Part shown: positions 40,231 through 49,254 of the stretch, piece by piece
Layout of the letters: each line of letters begins with the position of its first letter
Position numbering within the stretch: position 1 is the first letter of the stretch
From: an uncultured Actinomycetota bacterium
GTDB taxonomy: Bacteria; Actinomycetota; Acidimicrobiia; Spongiisociales; UBA5794
Assembly: GCA_963700375.1 (NCBI GenBank)
Contig: CAVOXF010000002.1
Span: forward strand, 198,041 to 262,040
Direction: 5' to 3'
DNA: 64,000 nt
The notes under the pieces: model-generated
The model's database searches: none
What the model was told of the DNA's origin: nothing
Seen by the model: only the letters and a program-made list of their open reading frames with translations
Made by a program: the position numbers and the translations under genes

Positions 40231-40943
40231 GCGTCTTCCTTGCTCGTAGATGCCGGTTCTGGTGAAGGATCTTCTGCGGGTGGGTGGGTGAATACGGTCT
40301 GGAGGTGGGTGGCGAGGGGTTCGGTGAGGATGCCCAGACCCATGATCTCGTAGGCCGGGGCCGCGTACGCCGCCATTGCGGGATCAGCTCCGACGTTCGG
40401 GTCGGTGAGGTCCACGCCGAGAATTCGGTTGAGATGGCGGTGCATGACGAGAGCCCCGAGCGACCACAGCATGAGCACGGCCGCCCGTCCGCCCGGGTTC
40501 GCTGACGAACGCAGCATGCCCGTCTCAACGCCGTGCTCCATGTAGCCCTCGGCGTCATTGACCAGGTCATCGACCAACTTGTTCACGATCGGGGAATCGT
40601 CGCCCAGCACCGCGCCGAGGTAGCCCAGCAGCGGGACATCGCTCGCTCCTCGCAGGGCGGCGAGCACGTCGAGGTTCGGCCCCTCGTCGATGGCTTCGTA
40701 CTTGAGGTTCCTGATCGTCAGGGCCACATGTTCGTCACATGCGGAGCGCAGACCCTCCATCGTGCCGTAGTGGTGGATAACCAGGCCGGGGGAGACGCCC
40801 GCGGCGGTAGCGACCTTGCGTGCTGTTGTTCCCGTGATGCCGTTCTCGGCGAAGCAGACGATCGCGGCGTCACGGATCCGCGCTCGGGCGGTCCGGTCAT
40901 CGACCGAGAGATCTTCGGTCGAGCGTGCCTGGACTGAACTCAT
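40227..40943 (-). CDS. TetR family transcriptional regulator
   Basis: N-terminal HTH ...RARIRDAAIVCFAENGITGTTARKVATAAGVSPGLVIHHY. ATG 40941-40943 is preferred over the TTG at 40961. It overlaps the ATPase gene by 4 nt. Confidence 0.85.
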   Translation of the reverse strand: MSSVQARSTEDLSVDDRTARARIRDAAIVCFAENGITGTTARKVATAAGVSPGLVIHHYGTMEGLRSACDEHVALTIRNLKYEAIDEGPNLDVLAALRGASDVPLLGYLGAVLGDDSPIVNKLVDDLVNDAEGYMEHGVETGMLRSSANPGGRAAVLMLWSLGALVMHRHLNRILGVDLTDPNVGADPAMAAYAAPAYEIMGLGILTEPLATHLQTVFTHPPAEDPSPEPASTSKEDA

Positions 40944-40971
40944 GTTCAATAGTATAAACAAGTGTTCAATA
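40943..40971. promoter_or_regulatory. Direct repeat TGTTCAATA x2 (20-nt period) in an AT-rich patch at the TetR 5' end; candidate operator
   Basis: The copies lie at 40943-40951 and 40963-40971, in the only AT-rich patch of the TetR / alpha-beta hydrolase divergent region. The first copy touches the TetR start codon. Confidence 0.3.
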
Positions 40972-41061
40972 CGCGTCTAGATGGTTTGATCTTGGGGATC
41001 CTGCGGGGGAGGTGATCGCGTCTGCGCTACGGTTCGGGTCCCACCCACGATCGGAGCCGGC

Positions 41062-42222
41062 GTGGCGATCGGCAACTCCATAGCGCTTGCGACACAACGG
41101 GTCGTCGCCCCGGTTCAAGGGGTGCACCGCGCTATCGCCGATCGGTGGTTCTCGGCTGTCGGCCCCGGAGCGCATCCGGTTCGACGGGTGCATGACGGTG
41201 TCTCCGATGCCATATACGGGTCGATCCGCATCGGCGGTGCAGTCGCGGGGAAGGCCCTCGAGGCGAGGATGGGCCCGACTTCCTCGGTTGCCGAATCGGC
41301 GCAGTCCGTCGTGAACGGTCTGTGGGGTGATGACCTCGGCCGGCATGCGTCCGATCTCGGGATCGAGATGGCGGTACGGGACCGTCATGGTGCGGTCGTC
41401 CCGGCCACCGAAAGCCTCCGCGATGCCGTTCCCGACGCAACCGGCCATCCGGTCGTTCTGATCCACGGACTCATGGAGAGCGAGCGGTGTTGGGCCGGCG
41501 CCGAAGGCGAACCCGGCTTGTTCGGCGCCCTCGAAGCGCACCCCGACCTGACGCCGGTGTCGATCCGGTACAACTCGGGTCTGCGGATCTCCGACAACGG
41601 AGAGACTCTGGCGGCGTTGCTTGAGCGGATCCACTCATCCTGGCCCGTTCCGGTGGAGGCGATGTCGCTGGTCGGGCATTCGATGGGCGGTCTGGTCGTC
41701 AGGAGCGCCTGTCTTGCCGGCGGGGAGGCCGGCCACCGGTGGATCGAGGATGTGGACCACGTCGTGACCGTCAGCGCGCCGCACCGGGGTGCTCCGCTCG
41801 AGAAGATCGTCAACGTCGCGGCCTGGATGCTGGGAGCGGCCCGCGAGACGCGACCGCTTGCTGACTTTCTGAACGGACGGAGCGTCGGAATCAAGGATCT
41901 GCGGTTCGGTGCCGTCGTGGCGGACGATTGGCGCGACGGCGATCCCGACGCGCTCCTGAGCAACACCGTGGGCGATCACCCGCTCCCATCGGGGATCCAG
42001 CACCACTTCGTTGCCGGCGTCGTTACCGGGGATCCAGGCCACCCGGTCGGGGCGTCGGTCGGTGATCTCGTTGTTCGTGCGTCAAGCGCCACGGCCCGAG
42101 ACCGCCTCTCACCCACGAGCGCCGCCGTCTTCGGCCAGACCCGTCACGCGAGCCTGCAACGGAACCCCGCGGTCATCGAGCACGTGATGGAGTGCGTGAG
42201 CGGACCAACTCCTTCTCCCTAG
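41062..42222 (+). CDS. Alpha/beta hydrolase (lipase/esterase-like)
   Basis: 386 aa with a GTG start. It has the nucleophile elbow LVGHSMGG preceded by VVLIHGL. The opposite-strand ORF 40966-41634 looks like a shadow ORF. Confidence 0.7.
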   Translation: MAIGNSIALATQRVVAPVQGVHRAIADRWFSAVGPGAHPVRRVHDGVSDAIYGSIRIGGAVAGKALEARMGPTSSVAESAQSVVNGLWGDDLGRHASDLGIEMAVRDRHGAVVPATESLRDAVPDATGHPVVLIHGLMESERCWAGAEGEPGLFGALEAHPDLTPVSIRYNSGLRISDNGETLAALLERIHSSWPVPVEAMSLVGHSMGGLVVRSACLAGGEAGHRWIEDVDHVVTVSAPHRGAPLEKIVNVAAWMLGAARETRPLADFLNGRSVGIKDLRFGAVVADDWRDGDPDALLSNTVGDHPLPSGIQHHFVAGVVTGDPGHPVGASVGDLVVRASSATARDRLSPTSAAVFGQTRHASLQRNPAVIEHVMECVSGPTPSP

Positions 42223-42324
42223 GGGGAGGCGACGACCGATCTTCGCCTCTCCACGGAGTGGGGGAGGCGCGAGCGTCCGGCCGGATGGCAGGAGCGCAGC
42301 GGAGGGGGCTGCGTTCGTGACGAT

Positions 42325-42834
42325 TCATGTACCCGCGAGAAATGCCCCCGCAACCGCCCGGCCCCAGTCCTTGGCGCGGTCGAGTTCGCCGTCGGTGATC
42401 GGGCCCTTGCCGCCCTCGACGAGGAAGAGTTCGCCGGGGACGAGGATTCGATAGCCCTTCTTCTTCAACCGCCTCGCAGCCCCGCGCGCTGCGGACCCGG
42501 GGAGGTTCGGCTTGCGGATGCTGGTGTCGAAGGTCGCGGCCACTCCGTCCGAGACGCGCGGCAGGTCCTCGATCCACTCGCGGATCCCGATGTCGAGCGA
42601 GATGACCTGTTCGTCGTGATCGTCCGCGCCCTGCTGGCGGGAGCTCTTCCTACTGAGGCCGAATTGATGCGTCGGGCCACCCACGACGAGCAGGTCGACG
42701 CCGGCAGGAGCGACGGGAGCCTCTCCGACCTCGATGATCTCGACGTCGCATTCGAGCGCGAGTCCTTCGGTGATCGCCTCGGCGATCTGCCTGGTGTTGC
42801 CGTAGAGCGATTCGTACACAACGAGGGCGTTCAT
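42325..42834 (-). CDS. Flavodoxin-like protein
   Basis: Trimmed to ATG 42832-42834 (GGGAGGA upstream). Product MNALVVYESLYGNTRQIAEAI...LLVVGGPTH. Confidence 0.8.
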   Translation of the reverse strand: MNALVVYESLYGNTRQIAEAITEGLALECDVEIIEVGEAPVAPAGVDLLVVGGPTHQFGLSRKSSRQQGADDHDEQVISLDIGIREWIEDLPRVSDGVAATFDTSIRKPNLPGSAARGAARRLKKKGYRILVPGELFLVEGGKGPITDGELDRAKDWGRAVAGAFLAGT

Positions 42835-42939
42835 CTGGATCCTCCCGGTGGTTCCGACCCATGGTGCCCCGAAACGGTGGCGTCGCGCCAGGGTCCACCG
42901 TCCCGGTTGTGCGGCTGCTCGGCCGATGCCGGAGTGAAC

Positions 42940-43308
42940 GTGCCGTCGGCAATTGCGGAGGTGGTCGTGGTCGTGCTGCTGCTGGTCGTCCTCATCTTCG
43001 GCCTTGCCGTGATCATGGCCTGGGCATGGATTCCCCGAACACCGTGGGCCGCAACCATCGATGTGCTCACCGCTTGGGGGGCAATTCACCACCTGGGTGG
43101 AGCCGTTCCGCATAGGCGCCGGGACGCTGCTCATCGCAGTTCCCGCCGCCCTGTTGATCCGCTCGGGATGGGACTGGACCCAGCGCAACATCCTCGGGCA
43201 GGAACCCGTTCAGCGCATTCCTGTGGAGCGGCCCACCTCGGGCCCACCTCGTCGCTGGCCAACTCGGACGACGGGCCGGTCGCCGCTCGGGTCATCGAGG
43301 CCACCTGA
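42940..43308 (+). pseudogene. Small 2-TM membrane protein gene carrying a +1 (G6 tract) and a +11 (tandem duplication) frameshift pair
   Basis: The frame with high third-position GC switches at G6 (43076-43081) and switches back at the perfect 11-nt tandem duplication GGCCCACCTCG x2 (43230-43251). The start is uncertain: GTG 42940 has GGAG 5 nt upstream, and 42877-42934 are alternatives. Confidence 0.45.
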
Positions 43309-43359
43309 GTCCGTATCATCACGCTGCGCCGTGCCGCTTTGCCAACCTCCGGAGGATCC

Positions 43360-44256
43360 GTGAGCAATCCCGACGTCTCAGACCCGATTGAAGCCACAAC
43401 GTTCGACCTCGGACCCGTCGCCGTCACCATCGCCACGAACGCTGGTCCTCGGATTCTCGCCTATGCGCGTCACGGCGGCCCGCAGGCCTTCGCCTCGCTT
43501 CCGACGGCGGCGATCGAGCACCCCGCCGTCGGGACGTTCCGGTTCCTCGGCGGTCACCGACTCTGGCGGGCGCCGGAGGTTCCCGCCATCACCTACGCAC
43601 CGGACGATGATCCCGTCACGATCACCGAATGGGACGGCGGAGTCGAGGTCGTCGGGTCCCCCGACTCCGAGAGCGTCACGAAGACCATCACCGTGGCCCA
43701 GGCCGGGGCCTTCACGCTCGTCGACCACGCGCTGCGCAACGACGGATGGACACCGGTTCGGTGCGCTCCCTGGGCGATCACTCAGCTCGCGCCCGGCGGC
43801 ACGGCGTACCTGCCGCAGGCCGTCGGTCCGTTGGACGAAGACGGCGTTCTGCCGAACCGCAACATCGTGCTGTGGCCTTACACCGACCCGTCGAGCCCCG
43901 AGATCACGATTCGTGACGACGAAGTGACGATCCACGCTTCCGATCGGGTATCGAAGTCGAAGTTGGGGGTGTCGAACCGCAGAGGGTGGATCGCGTATGC
44001 ACGCGAGGGAGAGCTCTTCGTCAAGTGGTCGCCGCTGCACCGTGACGGTGATCTCTACGTCGACTTCGGAGCCAGCGTGCAGTGCTACCGAGATGAGCGT
44101 TTCCTCGAGCTCGAGACGCTCGGTCCCAGGGTCACCATCCAGCCGGGGAAGAGCACAGTGCACCGTGAGGTATGGATGCTGAGCGAAGTCCCTGAAGATG
44201 GTCTTCGCGACGTCCTCGAGTCCCTGCCGTCCGTACCGGAGGTCCCGTCGCTGTGA
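43360..44256 (+). CDS. Hypothetical protein upstream of xylB (possibly mutarotase-like; tentative)
   Basis: GTG 43360 lies 3 nt after GGAGGA. The gene overlaps xylB by 4 nt. I saw no diagnostic motif; the functional guess rests on operon context only. Confidence 0.45.
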   Translation: MSNPDVSDPIEATTFDLGPVAVTIATNAGPRILAYARHGGPQAFASLPTAAIEHPAVGTFRFLGGHRLWRAPEVPAITYAPDDDPVTITEWDGGVEVVGSPDSESVTKTITVAQAGAFTLVDHALRNDGWTPVRCAPWAITQLAPGGTAYLPQAVGPLDEDGVLPNRNIVLWPYTDPSSPEITIRDDEVTIHASDRVSKSKLGVSNRRGWIAYAREGELFVKWSPLHRDGDLYVDFGASVQCYRDERFLELETLGPRVTIQPGKSTVHREVWMLSEVPEDGLRDVLESLPSVPEVPSL

Positions 44257-45746
44257 GCTACTTCATAGGAATCGATTCCTCCACGACCGCGACCAAGGCA
44301 CTGGTGATGGACGAACGGGGAAAGGTCGTGGCAATCGGTCGATCCGAATACGGCTTCGAGACGCCTCGCCCGCTGTGGTCGGAGCAGTCGCCCGAGTTGT
44401 GGTGGAATGCGACGGTGGTCGCGGTCCAGGACGCGCTCGCGGCTGCGGGCATCAGCGGTGCCGACGTTGCCGGCATCGGCCTCACCGGGCAGATGCACGG
44501 CCTCGTGCTCCTCGACGAGGGAGGGGCCGTGCTTCGGCCATCGATCTTGTGGAACGACCAGCGAACGCAGGCCGAGTGCGACGAGATCCGGGATCGTGTC
44601 GGTCCCGAGGAACTGATCGCGGTCACCGGCAACGACGCGCTCACCGGATTCACGGCACCGAAGATCCTGTGGGTCCGCAACAACGAACCCGAGGTGTTCT
44701 CGCGGGTGGCCCACGTCCTGCTTCCGAAGGACTACGTTCGCTTCCGACTCACCGGTGAATACGCGATCGACCGCGCCGGTGGCTCCGGCACGATTCTGTT
44801 CGATCTGGCAGCGCGCGACTGGTCGCCCGAGGTCGCGGCGGCGCTGGACATTCCAACCGAATGGCTACCGCCGACCTTCGAGGGCCCTGATGTGACCGGT
44901 GTCGTGACCGAGGCTGCCGCGGCGCTCACCGGGTTGCGACCGGGGACGCCGGTGATGGCCGGTGGCGGGGATCAGGCAGCCAACGGCGTCGGCGTCGGGG
45001 CGGTAACGCCCGGTGTAGTCGCGATGAGCGTTGGCACCAGCGGTGTGGTCTTTGCGGCAGCCGATCAACCGATCATCGAACCGGCCGGTCGCCTTCACGC
45101 CTTCTGTCATGCCGTCCCCGGCATGTGGCACTTGATGGGGGTGATGCTCTCGGCCGCCGGTAGCTACAAGTGGTTCAAAGACACGTTCGCTCCCGACCTC
45201 AGCTACGACGACCTCAACGACGCCGCGGATGCCGCTCCGGCAGGCTCGGGGGGCCTTGTCTTTCTTCCGTACCTCACGGGCGAGCGCACGCCGCACCCGG
45301 ACCCGCTGGCGCGGGGGGCGTTCGTCGGCCTCACGGTCCGCCACGGGCTCGGCCACATGGCCCGGGCGGTCATGGAAGGTGTTGCCTTTGGCCTGCGTGA
45401 CTCGGTGGAGTTGATGGCAGCCGAGATGGAGCTGGGTGAAGTCCGCGTTTCGGGCGGCGGGGCCTCGAGCGAGCTGTGGCTTCGCATCATCGCCGACGTG
45501 ATCGGTCTCCCCGTGCGTGTGGTCGGCACAGCCGAGTCCGCTGCGCACGGCGCCGCGATTCTCGCAGCCGTCGGCGCCGGGACGTTCGTGTCGGTTGCCG
45601 CGGCGTGCGACGTGGTCGTCGAACTCGGCGAGATCACCGAACCCGGTCCGGACGCCACGACGTACGACGAGATGTACCCCGTGTACCGCGGCCTGTACCC
45701 GGCGCTGCGGGAATCATTCCACCGGCTGTCAACGCTGGATGGCTAG
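44253..45746 (+). CDS. xylB: Xylulokinase (FGGY family)
   Basis: 497 aa containing [23 protein letters not shown]..., [13 protein letters not shown] and a GGGA.S motif near the C-terminus. Confidence 0.9.
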   Translation: MSYFIGIDSSTTATKALVMDERGKVVAIGRSEYGFETPRPLWSEQSPELWWNATVVAVQDALAAAGISGADVAGIGLTGQMHGLVLLDEGGAVLRPSILWNDQRTQAECDEIRDRVGPEELIAVTGNDALTGFTAPKILWVRNNEPEVFSRVAHVLLPKDYVRFRLTGEYAIDRAGGSGTILFDLAARDWSPEVAAALDIPTEWLPPTFEGPDVTGVVTEAAAALTGLRPGTPVMAGGGDQAANGVGVGAVTPGVVAMSVGTSGVVFAAADQPIIEPAGRLHAFCHAVPGMWHLMGVMLSAAGSYKWFKDTFAPDLSYDDLNDAADAAPAGSGGLVFLPYLTGERTPHPDPLARGAFVGLTVRHGLGHMARAVMEGVAFGLRDSVELMAAEMELGEVRVSGGGASSELWLRIIADVIGLPVRVVGTAESAAHGAAILAAVGAGTFVSVAAACDVVVELGEITEPGPDATTYDEMYPVYRGLYPALRESFHRLSTLDG

Positions 45747-47071
45747 GAAGCGCTCCAGATCGTCCTGTTGATCAGGTTTTCGAGCTGCTCCTGGCGACCG
45801 GAGACCGGACTCGGATCGATCTCGCCCGCCACGACCTTCGCCTCGAGCGAGGCGAGGTCGGTGGTGCCGTTGGTGATGGCGGAGCCGAGTTCGGTGTCCC
45901 ATCCCGCATAGCGGGCATCCTGGGCAGCCTTGAGCACACCGTCTTCGACCAGCTTCGCTGCGACCAGCAGCGAGTAGGCGAGGGTGTCGATGCCCCCGAT
46001 GTGGCCGTGGAACAGGTCGTCGCGGGACATGCTCTGGCGGCGCAGCTTCGTATCGAAGTTGAAACCACCGCTGGTGAGACCACCGGCTTGGAGGATCTCG
46101 TACATCGCGAGCGTCACGTCTTCGACCGAGTTTGGGAACTGGTCGGTGTCCCACCCGTTCTGCGGGTCGCCTCGGTTGGCGTCGATGCTGCCAAAGATGT
46201 CGTTCGCCACGGCGTAGGCGATCTCGTGGTGGAAGCTGTGCCCCGCCAGCGTTGCATGGTTGGCTTCGATGTTGACGAAGTACTCACCGAGCAGGTCGTA
46301 GCGCTCGAGGAAGCCGTGGACGGTTGAGCTGTCGTAGTCGTATTGGTGCTTCGTAGGCTCTTGCGGCTTCGGCTCGAGGAGCAGCTTGCCCTCGAATCCA
46401 ATCGACCGCTTGTAGTCGACGACCATGTGGAGGAAGCGGGCGAGCTGGTCGGTTTCTTTGGCGAGCTTCGTGTTCAGGAGCGTCTCGTACCCTTCGCGGC
46501 CACCCCACAGCACGTAGTTGGCGCCGCCCAACTGGTTCGTGGCGTCGAGAGCGTTCTTGACCTGCGCGGCGGCGTAGGCGAAGACCTCGGGGTTCGGGTT
46601 GGTCGCGGCGCCGGCGGCGTAGCGCGGGTGGCTGAAGAGATTGGCGGTGCCCCAGAGGAGCCTCACGCCCATCTCGGCCATCTTCTCCTCGGCGTACGCG
46701 GCCATCTCCTTCACGTTCCGCTGTGTCTCAGCAAATGTGGCGCCCTCGGGAGCGATGTCGAGGTCGTGGAACGTCCAGAACGGCGTGCCGAGCTTCGAGA
46801 AGAACTCGAATGCCGCGTCCATCTTCATACGGGCAGCGTCCATCGGGTTCATGGAGCCACCGAGCCAGGGACGGTCGAACGTGCCGGCGCCGAACACGTC
46901 GCTTCCGGGCCAGTTGAACGTGTGCCAGTAGCAGACGGCGATCCGGAGTTGCTCGTCCATCCGCTTGCCGAGCACGATGCGCGCCGGGTCGTAGTAGCGA
47001 TATGCCAGATCGTCCTGGGCGTCTGGGCCCTCGTAGCGGATCGGCTGCACGTCTGGGAAGAAGTCGGTCAT
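45743..47071 (-). CDS. xylA: Xylose isomerase (long, class II-type)
   Basis: Trimmed to ATG 47069-47071; 442 aa. Contains [29 protein letters not shown]...[10 protein letters not shown]...[13 protein letters not shown]...[15 protein letters not shown]. Confidence 0.92.
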   Translation of the reverse strand: MTDFFPDVQPIRYEGPDAQDDLAYRYYDPARIVLGKRMDEQLRIAVCYWHTFNWPGSDVFGAGTFDRPWLGGSMNPMDAARMKMDAAFEFFSKLGTPFWTFHDLDIAPEGATFAETQRNVKEMAAYAEEKMAEMGVRLLWGTANLFSHPRYAAGAATNPNPEVFAYAAAQVKNALDATNQLGGANYVLWGGREGYETLLNTKLAKETDQLARFLHMVVDYKRSIGFEGKLLLEPKPQEPTKHQYDYDSSTVHGFLERYDLLGEYFVNIEANHATLAGHSFHHEIAYAVANDIFGSIDANRGDPQNGWDTDQFPNSVEDVTLAMYEILQAGGLTSGGFNFDTKLRRQSMSRDDLFHGHIGGIDTLAYSLLVAAKLVEDGVLKAAQDARYAGWDTELGSAITNGTTDLASLEAKVVAGEIDPSPVSGRQEQLENLINRTIWSAS

Positions 47072-47204
47072 CGTGGCTCTCGCTTTCGTTCGGGCACGCG
47101 CGGCGCTCAGTGGTGAGCGGCGGACTCTGAAGACACGCACATGGTACCAAGCCGAGCGCGGCCCAGGTCAGGGCCGATCGGTCGGCCTCGCTAGGGTTCG
47201 CACT

Positions 47205-48047
47205 GTGAAGTTCACCTACAACATCCCCAACTTCGGCCCCTACGCAGACGCCGCAGCCGTGGCGGAACTCGCGGCAACGGCCGAGCAGGCCGGATGGGAC
47301 GGATTCGTGGTCTGGGACCACATGGTGATCTCGGACGGGATGCCGGTCGGCGATCCGTGGGTGATCCTGACCGCCGTTGCGATGGCCACCGAACGGATCA
47401 TGATCGGTCCGATGGTCACGCCGCTGCCCCGCCGACGGCCGTGGGTCGTTGCGCGCCAGGCGGCAACCCTCGATCATCTGAGTGGGGGGCGTCTCGTCCT
47501 TGGCGTTGGTATCGGAGTGCCGCCCGACGTGGAGTTCGGAACGTTTGGTGAGCCGACCGGCGTGCGGGAGCGGGCCGAGCGCCTGGATGAGGCCCTCGAC
47601 GTGATCGTCGGGATGTGGTCCGGCGAGCCGTTCTCATACGACGGGACGTACTACCAGGTGAAGGAGACCACCTTCATGCCGCGGCCGTTCCAGCAGCCGC
47701 GCATTCCGATCTGGGTTGCGGGGACGTGGCCCAACAAGGGCCCGTTCCGTCGGGCAGCGCGCTACGAAGGCGTGTATCCGCTCGCCGACCGCAACGGTAT
47801 GCCGGTGCTCATCACGCCTCAGGGTGTGCGCGAGGTGGTCGCCGAGGTAGCGTCTCAGCGGCCGACCATGGATGGCTACGAGGTGAGCGCCGCGATCGTT
47901 CCTACGGGAGATACGGACGCGGATCGACAGCAGTTGCGGGAGTTCGCCGACGCCGGCGTCACCTGGGCCCACATTGGCCCGGCCGGGGAAGGCGAGGCGA
48001 TTGAGGAGGTCGCCGGATGGATCGAGGCGGGACCGCCGCGGTTCTGA
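47205..48047 (+). CDS. LLM-class (luciferase-like, possibly F420-dependent) oxidoreductase
   Basis: GTG 47205. Product VKFTYNIPNFGPYADAAAVAELAATAEQAGWDGFVVWDH...GRLVLGVGIG. Confidence 0.8.
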   Translation: MKFTYNIPNFGPYADAAAVAELAATAEQAGWDGFVVWDHMVISDGMPVGDPWVILTAVAMATERIMIGPMVTPLPRRRPWVVARQAATLDHLSGGRLVLGVGIGVPPDVEFGTFGEPTGVRERAERLDEALDVIVGMWSGEPFSYDGTYYQVKETTFMPRPFQQPRIPIWVAGTWPNKGPFRRAARYEGVYPLADRNGMPVLITPQGVREVVAEVASQRPTMDGYEVSAAIVPTGDTDADRQQLREFADAGVTWAHIGPAGEGEAIEEVAGWIEAGPPRF

Positions 48048-48090
48048 TCGAGACGGACCCGACGTGAGGGTCCGGCGACGGTGCCATCTC

Positions 48091-49031
48091 CTACGGCGGT
48101 AGGCCCGCATAGCGCCACTCAGCCTCGGCCTGCCGCTCTGCGATGTCGCGGGCGACGTCGGCAAATGCCGGACCGTAGCCGGCGAGCTCACCGGGAGCAT
48201 CGTGCAACGACAGCAACATCTCGGGATCGACGACGATGTTGACGGAGCCTTCGGCTGCGAGTCCGGCGATCCACCGGTGCTCAGGTCGAGGAAGACATCG
48301 GTGCGGAGTTGGTCCATCGACCGCCGGTCGCCCGGCGTTCGATGGCTCCGAGCCATGCGGTTGAGGCGCTTCATCAGCGCCGAAGCCCGCTCAGGCGGCA
48401 GATCCAGTGCATAGAGATTCGCCGTTCCGGCCTGGGTCAGTTCGATCGCGATCCGGCGTTCGCCCAGAGCGAAGTCGTACCGCTCCTTCGCCTCCTCCGG
48501 CTCGACCTCCATGCGCAGCCGTTCGAGGCCAGCCCAGAGTTGGCCACCGGTGAGGTTAGGGCCGACGGGCAAGACCTGCTCGACGATCGTTCTGGCCGTT
48601 GCGATCGGCGGATCGATGGTGCATCGATCGAAGACCTTCGCCCGTCGGACGTCGATACCTCCGGCCGCCAGGGACCGGAAGACCTGAGGGAGACGGCGCT
48701 GGAGGTCCAGAGCCAAGGAGAGTTCGGCATCGGTCGATCGCCGGGAGAGACGCGGTGCCGCCCGGACCTCGGCGGCCGCGAACTCGTCCGCGGACTGCTC
48801 ATCCCCCTCCTCGATGACGAATGAGGCGCTCACCGAAGCCACGTCCCGGTACACCTGGGCGGCATAGTGAAATGCGAGGCGCCGGTGCGCCTGGAGCACC
48901 ACGATGCGGTCGTGGCCGGATAGGCGCTCCACATCGACAACCGTCGGCCGGGCGGCCAGTTCGAATCAGGGTTCGACGTTCTCGAGCCAGCGAGCCGTCG
49001 ATTCGGAGAGCCGTGCGGATGCGGTGGACAT
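48091..49031 (-). pseudogene. DUF222/HNH-endonuclease family remnant (no HNH domain left)
   Basis: MSTASARLSESTARWLENVEP reaches an in-frame TGA at 48966-48968. The sequence then continues ...ERLSGHDRIVVLQAHRRLAFHYAAQVYRDV...DQLRTDVFLDL. A frameshift near 48250-48290 precedes ...GSVNIVVDPEMLLSLHDAPGELAGYGPAFADVARDIAERQ, which ends at a TAG at 48091-48093. Confidence 0.6.
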
Positions 49032-49254
49032 ACCCACAACGTGGGACGCTCGTGTGACAGAAGACGTTTGGCCACAGAGGATTCGTGCGCCTCGGTCTGG
49101 CCGATGAAGCCCCACCCAAACCTGGTTCACCAGCCTCGATGCTCGAACCTCCGCGATGGCCTTCGCTCTGACCGTGTGGCCGATCCGCTGGGGTGGGTAG
49201 TGACCTTGGCATTCGCACGCTCTCATCGCTTGTACCGCGGGTAGGCTCGCCCGA

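Noticed and set aside
40966-41634. 222-aa minus-strand ORF between the TetR gene and the hydrolase gene
   Set aside because: It overlaps the 5' half of the alpha/beta hydrolase gene, which has the GHSMGG motif in a continuous 386-aa frame. The translation has no recognisable features.
42325-43191. Long (288-aa) version of the flavodoxin ORF
   Set aside because: The N-terminal 119 aa (..AEDEDDQQQHDHDH..) are the antisense of a hydrophobic TM-coding stretch on the plus strand. The flavodoxin fold starts at M120, which has a strong RBS.
47634-48932. 432-aa ORF as an intact gene
   Set aside because: Only the N-terminal ~220 aa resemble DUF222. The remainder is the antisense of the LLM oxidoreductase gene (Arg/Pro/Ser-rich), and the true DUF222 continuation is in another frame.
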